A stretch of DNA of 32,000 nt from positions 3,240,001 to 3,272,000 of the forward strand of contig NZ_LT934425.1 in assembly GCF_900232105.1 (NCBI RefSeq), written 5' to 3'. A model generated the notes under the pieces. The model was not told where the DNA came from. It did no database searches and saw only the letters and a list, made by a program, of their open reading frames with translations. Position numbers and translations under genes: made by a program. Each line of letters starts with the position of its first letter. Positions within the stretch are counted from its first letter, which is position 1. Shown here piece after piece: positions 25,633-32,000 of this stretch. The DNA is from Candidatus Kuenenia stuttgartensis. Its GTDB lineage: Bacteria; Planctomycetota; Brocadiia; Brocadiales; Brocadiaceae.

Positions 25633-27408
25633 ATGTATAAATTTTCAAAAGTCGCAGTGGTGGTGTGCCTGTTCGTCCTTTTTGTTGGCGCATGGTTTGG
25701 TTTCAGGTCTGTACACGCAGATGCGGAAATTAACGTAAAGGAAAAAAAAGAAAAGAAAGAAAAAATTTCTTCCAAATCTGAAAAATCAGAAAAAAGGGAT
25801 GCTACCGCAGAGATAAAAGATACAAAAACCGAACAAAAGACTGTGACTCCAAAAGAAGAGAAAAAAGAAATTGTAAAGCAGGAAAAACCAGAAGAAAAAG
25901 CAGAACCACCTGCTTCTGAAAAACAGGAAGAAAAACATGCCCCTGTCGTCAAAGAAGATATGGCTGACACTCATCCTAAAGATGCCAGAACCATACAACA
26001 AATTATTTCCGAACTTACCGGAGAGAAAATCGGGCCAGACAACTCCGGAGATGTGTATCATTTAGGTTTAACAGCGACATATACGCCGCCAAAGGAATTA
26101 TTGCCTGGCGAAGGCAAATTTGGGAAATTATTTAGTTTTTTACCTCTTATGAGATGGTACGATCCTGATCATTATTATACACCAAACCAGGCAATTGGAG
26201 GTGAATTCACGCACGGCGAATGTCTTATGTGCCATACGATCCAGACCCCCGGTATTGTAGCTCAATGGAAGAAGAGTAAACATGCTGCGGTAGAACAGGT
26301 GGTTGGCTGTGATAAATGCCATGGCAACAATCACCAGCAATTATACATGCCTTCATGGCAACACTGCGGGGAGTGTCATCCGGAGCAAAAAGAAGGGCAT
26401 CGTGGTGGGGCAATGGCTTCGCACACCTATGCCTTTCATGTGAGTACAATCGAAGCCCCGTGGCAGATTGCAAAGCCTGCAGCCGAGGTTACTGCCTGTG
26501 CTACATGTCATGGGATAGCGGAGAACAGGTGTGACGGATGTCATACCAGGCATGATTTTTCCTTAGCTGAAGCAAGAAAACCAAACAATTGTGGTATTTG
26601 CCACACAGGTTTGGACCATTATGAATACGAAATGTACAGGGAATCCTATCATGGGATGATTTATGAGTCGGAGCAGCATACGTGGGACTGGACAAAACCC
26701 ATGAAACCTGAAAATTACAAAACGCCCACTTGTGCATATTGTCATATGAGAGATGGCGAACATAATGCACAGAAATTCTCCACAGTTAATAGTCACATGG
26801 GCACATCATTGGTCGACAGGGGCGCCCCAAAATATAAGGAGGCCAGACAGAGTTGGATAAACACATGCAAAGGGTGCCATTCTCCAAGATTTGCGGCTGA
26901 TCAACTTGAGGCGATGGATGAAGCGATAAAAGTCAGTTTTACAAAATGGCGTGAAGCCATGAAAATAGTGGTTGACCTTTATAATGACGGGATGCTGGAT
27001 CCGATGCCGAAAGATTTGGCGCCTGACTACGCAGGACATTATACCTTTAGTCTCATTGGTGGTGAAGGCAGGATGTATAATGTATCCGATATAGAGCGGA
27101 CGGCATTTGAGATGCTGGTGTATATTACCAATGCCGTTTACAAGGCAATGGCACACGGAGCAATGTATGGCGCTACTTATGGTAAAGGCGCTTTTCTGCA
27201 GGACCGCTGGTTGATTCAGGTAAAGGCGGAAGCAAGCAAACTTAGAAGAATAAGGGCGTTGGAAGAAAGAGTGGGGATAAAGCATAAGGCATACGATTTC
27301 TGGAAGCACGGTGAATATACCGACTTGCTCCTGGGTTGGAAGAGAAAGCCGGGAGACGTGGACAAGGCAGCATGTAAACACGAGGGCGCTGATTGTTTGG
27401 TTGAATAG
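25633..27408 (+). CDS. Octaheme hydroxylamine-oxidoreductase (HAO)-family cytochrome c, exported, with a Lys/Glu-rich N-terminal spacer
   Basis: It has eight CxxCH motifs: CLMCH, CDKCH, CGECH, CATCH, CDGCH, CGICH, CAYCH, CKGCH. The block CDGCHTRHDFSLAEARKPNNCGICHTGLDH is colinear with the HAO core. The signal peptide has a VHA|DA cleavage site. AGGAGG is upstream. Confidence 0.9.
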   Translation: MYKFSKVAVVVCLFVLFVGAWFGFRSVHADAEINVKEKKEKKEKISSKSEKSEKRDATAEIKDTKTEQKTVTPKEEKKEIVKQEKPEEKAEPPASEKQEEKHAPVVKEDMADTHPKDARTIQQIISELTGEKIGPDNSGDVYHLGLTATYTPPKELLPGEGKFGKLFSFLPLMRWYDPDHYYTPNQAIGGEFTHGECLMCHTIQTPGIVAQWKKSKHAAVEQVVGCDKCHGNNHQQLYMPSWQHCGECHPEQKEGHRGGAMASHTYAFHVSTIEAPWQIAKPAAEVTACATCHGIAENRCDGCHTRHDFSLAEARKPNNCGICHTGLDHYEYEMYRESYHGMIYESEQHTWDWTKPMKPENYKTPTCAYCHMRDGEHNAQKFSTVNSHMGTSLVDRGAPKYKEARQSWINTCKGCHSPRFAADQLEAMDEAIKVSFTKWREAMKIVVDLYNDGMLDPMPKDLAPDYAGHYTFSLIGGEGRMYNVSDIERTAFEMLVYITNAVYKAMAHGAMYGATYGKGAFLQDRWLIQVKAEASKLRRIRALEERVGIKHKAYDFWKHGEYTDLLLGWKRKPGDVDKAACKHEGADCLVE

Positions 27409-27440
27409 TATTTTAGACTTTTGATAAAGTATTGTAATAA

Positions 27441-27486
27441 ACAGAAGGTATAATGCTTAATAAAAGGTTATGCCTTCTGTTTTTTT
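27441..27486 (+). terminator. Rho-independent terminator after the HAO-like gene
   Basis: A 13-bp stem pairs ACAGAAGGTATAA (27441-27453) with TTATGCCTTCTGT (27468-27480), with one G-U pair. A T6 run follows at 27481-27486. Confidence 0.7.
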
Positions 27487-27581
27487 ATTGTTGTTTTGAC
27501 AATACAGAGATAGAATCGGGACTCCACTTTAAGCAGATTTTTGGTTATGCATGTATACGATAATAATTACAGGAGTAATAA

Positions 27582-27944
27582 ATGAAAAATTATCAATATT
27601 GTTTTTTATTCATCGCTTTTTTTTCCTCCTGTTTTTTGGGATGCTATAAAAAACAGACAATTTTACTGGAAAGAGAAGCTATTTGGGAAGTATTCGAAAG
27701 AGAATGCCAAAAATGTCATAAGATGAATGGAAAAGGGAGTCTTGTTGGCAGATTATTCTTTAATATTCCTGATTTTAACAATGTGAAATGGCAGGATAAT
27801 GCTTCGGATTCGAGATTGATTATTCATGTAGGAAATGGATTAAGAAAAATGCCAGGCTTTAAAGGCAAGCTAAAAGATGAAGAGATTGTGGACTTGGTAA
27901 AAATATGTGTTCGGAGTTTCTATCCGCCCGTCGGGCAAAGATAA
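27582..27944 (+). CDS. Monoheme class-I c-type cytochrome, probable lipoprotein
   Basis: It has a single CQKCH heme motif and a distal Met context (RKMPGF). The N-terminal hydrophobic segment ends in the lipobox-like FLGC. AGGAG is upstream. Confidence 0.75.
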   Translation: MKNYQYCFLFIAFFSSCFLGCYKKQTILLEREAIWEVFERECQKCHKMNGKGSLVGRLFFNIPDFNNVKWQDNASDSRLIIHVGNGLRKMPGFKGKLKDEEIVDLVKICVRSFYPPVGQR

Positions 27945-28075
27945 TACTGCATGAATTTTAGTTGAAACAATAGTGATTTTTCACCGATTTTATGATATCA
28001 TTCTTGCTTATTTGAGAGTATTTCATTTCTTTATTTTGCTGTCGATGACGGCTTTTTCATTTTTTGAGGCAAATT

Positions 28076-28438
28076 ATGCTGCGAGAGATGTGTAAATCCA
28101 AAATACATGGCGCTACGGTAACTGAAACCAATCTGGAATATAACGGAAGCATTACCATCGATAAGTCTCTTCTCACTGCGGTAGATATTCTGCATTATGA
28201 GCGGGTGCAGGTTTTGAATATAAATAATGGAACAAGAGTAGAAACATATGTCATTGAAGGAGAACAAGACTCCGGGATAATTTGCTTAAACGGGGCAGCT
28301 GCAAGATGGGCGCAACCTGGAGATCGTGTTATTATTATTGCATATTGCCTTATCAATAACAAAGACGCTATAGGATGGAAACCAAAGATTATTTTGGTTG
28401 ACGCAAAAAATAAACTCATCAAAAACCTGCCAACATGA
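28076..28438 (+). CDS. panD: Aspartate 1-decarboxylase (pyruvoyl-dependent)
   Basis: It has [23 protein letters not shown], including the self-processing Gly-Ser site. ATG 28076 with GAGG 6 nt upstream is preferred over TTG 28064. Confidence 0.9.
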   Translation: MLREMCKSKIHGATVTETNLEYNGSITIDKSLLTAVDILHYERVQVLNINNGTRVETYVIEGEQDSGIICLNGAAARWAQPGDRVIIIAYCLINNKDAIGWKPKIILVDAKNKLIKNLPT

Positions 28439-29304
28439 GACGGATTTTATTCGAAATCCCTATCCCTTTTTTCTCCCAAAGCGTACCTATATACTCCTAT
28501 GGGTTCATGTTAATGGTGGCATTTCTTGTTTCCATAGCCGTTGCGCGCTGGAGGGCGAAGAAAGAAGGTATCGACCCTAATGCCATCACAGATTTGGGGA
28601 TATATCTGATTTTTGCCGGAATAGCAGGGGCAAGGTTGTTTTTTGTAATACAATTTTATGAAGATTATAAAAATAATTTATTAAATATATTCAAAATTTA
28701 TGAAGGTGGTCTGGTGTATTATGGTGGATTGTTTGCCGCAATTATTATGCTATTCGTTTTTGTTAGAAAACGAAAGTTGCCCGTATTAAAGGTGATAGAC
28801 ATTATTGCGCCATCTACTGCACTGGGATTAGCCTTTGGACGTATTGGATGTTTTTTGAATGGATGCTGTTTTGGCAAGATTTCACTTAATCTGCCGTGGG
28901 CAGTTTATTTTCCCAGGACAGTTGATAGTCAAGGCATGGTTGATGGCAGCCCGGTATTTATTTATCACTATCAACATGGGTTGGTTCTCCTTTCCGCTCT
29001 GCATTCATTACCGGTTCATCCCGTACAATTGTATGCTTTTTTTTCAAATATAGCATTATTTTTTATTCTCAACAGTTTTTTCAGATTTCGAAAAAGAAAT
29101 GGAGAGATTGTGCTCCTTTTTGGCATGGTGTATCCCATTATAAGATTTTGTATGGAAGCACTTCGGGGAGATAATCAATTATATTTTAACTGCTTTACCA
29201 TTGCGCAGATAATAAGCATTATACTATTTGCCGTTTCAACTACTATTTTTGTTTTGTTCAGAATAAAAACAAGTAAAAACATTTCGCATATTTCTTCCTT
29301 GTAA
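28435..29304 (+). CDS. lgt: Prolipoprotein diacylglyceryl transferase
   Basis: It is multi-pass with YGFM.....[15 protein letters not shown] and [13 protein letters not shown] motifs. The start overlaps the panD stop (ATGA). Confidence 0.9.
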   Translation: MRRILFEIPIPFFSQSVPIYSYGFMLMVAFLVSIAVARWRAKKEGIDPNAITDLGIYLIFAGIAGARLFFVIQFYEDYKNNLLNIFKIYEGGLVYYGGLFAAIIMLFVFVRKRKLPVLKVIDIIAPSTALGLAFGRIGCFLNGCCFGKISLNLPWAVYFPRTVDSQGMVDGSPVFIYHYQHGLVLLSALHSLPVHPVQLYAFFSNIALFFILNSFFRFRKRNGEIVLLFGMVYPIIRFCMEALRGDNQLYFNCFTIAQIISIILFAVSTTIFVLFRIKTSKNISHISSL

Positions 29305-29314
29305 AGATATTTTG

Positions 29315-30610
29315 CTAAGGGACTAATTCCTTTATTTGAATATCATCATGCAACTTCAGTAATTTACTAAGGAACTTATCTTCTATCTGAAGATGGAATG
29401 TTAATCGGCGGTCGTCTGATGTGCGGTTTAGAATGTGGGCATTTTCATGAAGGGTGGCTATTAATTTGCCATTTTCCTGACTACATGAGATTTCTATATT
29501 GAGAAGTCTCTTTTCCAGTATTTCGGCAATCTTTTGTTTCAGCGCCGGTATCCCCTGGCATGTTTTTGCAGAAATGACAATACAATTCTTATAGCGATTT
29601 TTCAGTAAAGGGATAACAGATTCATCTTTCAGTGCATCGATTTTATTCAATACAATAATTGTTGGTTTTTTTTCACATCCAAGTTCTTTTAATACTATAT
29701 TTACGGATTCTATTTGTTTATGAATATGCGGGGAGCTGATATCCGCGACATGCAATAAAATATCCGCGTTTCGGGTTTCTTCGAGCGTTGCCTTGAATGA
29801 AGAAACAAGATAGTGCGGCAATTTTTGTATAAACCCAACAGTATCACTGATAAGAATATTTTTGGAATTTTCAAGTTTGCATATACCTGTTTTTGTATCT
29901 AATGTTGCAAAGAGTTTATCTTCTACCATGGCATCAACATCGGTTAGGGCGTTCATTAGGGTAGATTTTCCGGCATTAGTGTAACCGACGATGGATACGG
30001 TAGAAAATTCTTTTCTTGAAGCAACTACTCTCTGTTGCCGTTTTTCTATTTCACCCAATCGTTTTTTAAGATCATGTATTTTTCTTGAAACAATACGATT
30101 ATCTACTTCAAGTTGTTTTTCTCCTGGCCCCCTTGTGCCTATTCCTCCTTCAATTCGTGAAAGATGTGTCCACATCCGTTTAAGTCTTGGTTTTGTGTAT
30201 TCCAACTGAGCTAATTCTACCTGAAGTTTTGCCTGGTGGGTCTTTGCCCTTGTGGCGAATATGTCTAAAATCAACTCACTACGATCAATTACCTTTTTTT
30301 CAATGATTTTTTCCAAATTTTTTACCTGTGCGGGGGTAAGGTTATCGTCACAAATGAGTACATCTGCGTCCATTTCAACCGCTATTTTTTGCAGCTCTTG
30401 CGCCTTTCCTTTTCCAATATAATACAATGGGTCTATGTGCGCTCTTTTTTGGATTACTGTATAAATTACGTTTGCTCCTGCAGTTTTTGCCAATCTGCTT
30501 AACTCTTCCAAAGGTTCTTCATCAAGGTCAATAATATTGGGATAAGAAAGCGCTCTGAATAGGATAGCGCGTTCCGCCCTGACAGAAAAACTGGTATCTT
30601 TTAATTTCAC
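29315..30610 (-). CDS. hflX: GTPase HflX
   Basis: It has the HflX N-terminal domain plus a coiled linker (QVELAQL), and G motifs GYTNAGKST, DTVGF and NKID. Confidence 0.9.
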   Translation of the reverse strand: MKLKDTSFSVRAERAILFRALSYPNIIDLDEEPLEELSRLAKTAGANVIYTVIQKRAHIDPLYYIGKGKAQELQKIAVEMDADVLICDDNLTPAQVKNLEKIIEKKVIDRSELILDIFATRAKTHQAKLQVELAQLEYTKPRLKRMWTHLSRIEGGIGTRGPGEKQLEVDNRIVSRKIHDLKKRLGEIEKRQQRVVASRKEFSTVSIVGYTNAGKSTLMNALTDVDAMVEDKLFATLDTKTGICKLENSKNILISDTVGFIQKLPHYLVSSFKATLEETRNADILLHVADISSPHIHKQIESVNIVLKELGCEKKPTIIVLNKIDALKDESVIPLLKNRYKNCIVISAKTCQGIPALKQKIAEILEKRLLNIEISCSQENGKLIATLHENAHILNRTSDDRRLTFHLQIEDKFLSKLLKLHDDIQIKELVP

Positions 30611-30619
30611 GTAATCAGT

Positions 30620-31348
30620 TTACTCCCTTTTCGATAAGACAATTCTTGCGTCAACGGTTTTTGTCCCTTTCGGGTAAATAAGGATTGGGTTAAGATCTAT
30701 TTCTTTAATTTCCTCATTAGAAATCATGATATCTGATACCCGAATAATGATATGGCATATTTCTGAAATATCCAGTGGCGCTGCATTTCTAAATCCGCTT
30801 AAAAGTCTGGCGCCTTTTACTTCGCGAATCATGTCAAGCGCTTCGTAATCTTCTACGGGAGCGATACGAAAGGAAACGTCCTTAAAAAGCTCAACAAAAA
30901 TACCTCCTATCCCGAACATCACTGTTGGTCCGAATTGCGGATCTCTCAGGCCGCCTACAATAATTTCGGTTGAGGGAGTTGACATTTCTTCCACGAGGAT
31001 TCCATATATCCTTGCATCCGGTACAGTTTTACTAATGTTTTTAAAGATTTTTTCGTATGCAGCCGCAACTTCTTTATCATTTTGTATGTTTAACATTACT
31101 CCGCCTGCATCCGTTTTGTGGCTGAGGTCAGGGGATATGATTTTGAGAACGACAGGGTATTTTATGGAATTTGCAGCCTGGATTGCTTCATGGGCAGATG
31201 AGGCAACTAAAAATCTGGTAGTAACGATTCCGTATGTTCCAAGTAGTTGTTTTGCTTCCGGCTCTAAGAGTTCATGCCGGTTTTGCTCCAAAGCGTTTTG
31301 TATTATCTTTTGAGCATTACGGGCGGTATGCGATAAAAATATATTCAT
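30620..31348 (-). CDS. ADP-forming acetyl-CoA synthetase (ACD) beta-subunit-like ATP-grasp protein
   Basis: It has LLEPEAKQLLGTYGI, YPVVLKIISPDLSHKTDAGGV and EIDLNP, typical of the ATP-grasp_5 / ACD-beta family. ATG 31348 is chosen by N-terminal colinearity with stand-alone beta subunits. The start is uncertain because the SD is weak and the ORF stays open up to the TTG at 31441. Confidence 0.75.
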   Translation of the reverse strand: MNIFLSHTARNAQKIIQNALEQNRHELLEPEAKQLLGTYGIVTTRFLVASSAHEAIQAANSIKYPVVLKIISPDLSHKTDAGGVMLNIQNDKEVAAAYEKIFKNISKTVPDARIYGILVEEMSTPSTEIIVGGLRDPQFGPTVMFGIGGIFVELFKDVSFRIAPVEDYEALDMIREVKGARLLSGFRNAAPLDISEICHIIIRVSDIMISNEEIKEIDLNPILIYPKGTKTVDARIVLSKRE

Positions 31349-31441
31349 CCTTTGTGTTTGTAAAGAATCCACCCGCGGAGCAGGTGGCTTTGGGATAACC
31401 CCTATAAGGGGATGAAAATGCCTTCCTTCCAAAGGAAGCAA

Positions 31442-32000
31442 GGTTGAGTTGTCCCCATTTTAAATTTACCGTTGTGACTCTTCTTGGCGCTCTTTCTGCT
31501 CTTGATATTTCACATATTTACGTATCTTTTCCGTATCCAAACCAACGGTATCGACACAGTAACCTCTCGACCAGAAATGATTACCCCAATAAGGTTTTTG
31601 CTTCAAATGTCGAAACTTATTGAAAACTCGAATAGCTGTTCTGCCTTTGATTATACCTACAAAATCGGATATCGATATCTTGGGTACTACCATGACAAGC
31701 AGATGAACATGGTCAATTTGTACATTTAACTCAACAACTTCACAGCCTTTTTGTTCAGAAAATGCTCTGATACACTTACCTACTTCTTCTGCTACTTGAC
31801 CAGTAAGTATTCTTAGACGATATTTTGGTGTCCAAAGAATATGATATTGACAATGCCATATCGTATGCGATAATTTGCGAAATCGACTCATTTGTTACTC
31901 CTTTGTTGATGTTGTGGGACAACTCAACTTAGATTGTAACAATGAGTCGTTTTACTGGCAAAGCCTTTAAACTCTGACCACGCCCACAGGGCGTGGTTTT
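31442..32000 (-). mobile_element. IS200/IS605-family insertion sequence (ends not defined; may continue beyond the window)
   Basis: It contains tnpA and a 13-nt perfect inverted repeat flanking the gene (31444-31456 GTTGAGTTGTCCC versus 31916-31928 GGGACAACTCAAC). There is also a 9-bp GC-rich hairpin at 31977-31997 (ACCACGCCC-ACA-GGGCGTGGT) followed by T residues. Confidence 0.55.
31466..31891 (-). CDS. tnpA: IS200/IS605-family Y1 (HUH) transposase TnpA
   Basis: 141 aa with the HUH motif (IDHVHLLV), a C-terminal catalytic Tyr context (KYVKYQ) and W..KYR near the N-terminus. AAAGGAG is upstream. Confidence 0.9.
   Translation of the reverse strand: MSRFRKLSHTIWHCQYHILWTPKYRLRILTGQVAEEVGKCIRAFSEQKGCEVVELNVQIDHVHLLVMVVPKISISDFVGIIKGRTAIRVFNKFRHLKQKPYWGNHFWSRGYCVDTVGLDTEKIRKYVKYQEQKERQEESQR

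Noticed and set aside
25608-26061. Minus-strand ORFs (120 aa and 91 aa) rich in Phe/Ser opposite the 5' part of the HAO gene.
   Set aside because: They are mirror images of the purine-rich Lys/Glu spacer codons (AAA/GAA read as TTT/TTC). This is a low-complexity artefact, not independent genes.
26806-27381. A 191-aa minus-strand ORF opposite the 3' half of the HAO gene. Similar antisense ORFs lie opposite glmU (11858-12397), rplY (14051-14458), ssb (15597-16001) and bamA.
   Set aside because: Each lies fully inside a well-supported gene on the other strand. None has a ribosome-binding site or family motifs, so they are treated as shadow ORFs.
31349-31441. A 31-codon N-terminal extension of the ACD-beta ORF starting at TTG 31441. 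The related idea is that the ACD gene is a fragment truncated by the IS insertion.
   Set aside because: From Met32 onward the N-terminus (ARNAQKIIQNALEQNRHELLEPEAK) is colinear with the start of stand-alone archaeal-type ACD beta subunits as I recall them. The beta module therefore looks complete. The extension is Pro-rich and overlaps hairpin-forming sequence that is probably IS-related or 5' UTR.

Overview
This is an AT-rich, densely coded chromosomal segment from a diderm bacterium, with about 38 supportable CDS, one tRNA and one IS200-type transposase. Most of it is conserved housekeeping. It includes leuB, ilvD, tRNA-Gln, the glmU-prs-rplY-pth and rpsF-ssb-rpsR-rplI-dnaB clusters, a bamA-skp-lpxC-lpxA outer-membrane block, panD-lgt and hflX. 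Several genes appear to start at TTG (rpsF, lpxC, one cupin, AMMECR1, the FGE-like gene).

The standout locus is 24.4-27.9 kb. It encodes an exported octaheme hydroxylamine-oxidoreductase (HAO)-family cytochrome c. Four small cytoplasmic genes precede it (DUF1858, two His-poor cupins, DUF2249), and a terminator plus a monoheme cytochrome c lipoprotein follow it. The HAO carries an unusual Lys/Glu-rich N-terminal spacer and seems to retain the Tyr and Asp-His features of the oxidative P460-type subclass. Together with peptidoglycan and LPS genes and the low GC content, this suggests an anammox planctomycete (Brocadiales-like). That taxonomic guess is inference only.

Other oddities:
- a GcvH-fold protein with Asp in place of the lipoyl-lysine, heading an operon with a DUF1611 / enolase-superfamily epimerase pair, next to mltA
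- a signal-peptide-bearing Memo-AMMECR1 fusion plus a second AMMECR1, with no radical-SAM partner nearby
- a GlmU lacking most of its acetyltransferase domain
- a heptamer tandem/inverted repeat array
- an IS200-family tnpA flanked by a 13-nt inverted repeat, sitting directly upstream of an orphan ADP-forming acetyl-CoA synthetase beta subunit

No CRISPR array, rRNA or obvious defence system was seen. All homology calls come from reading motifs by eye. No database search was run.
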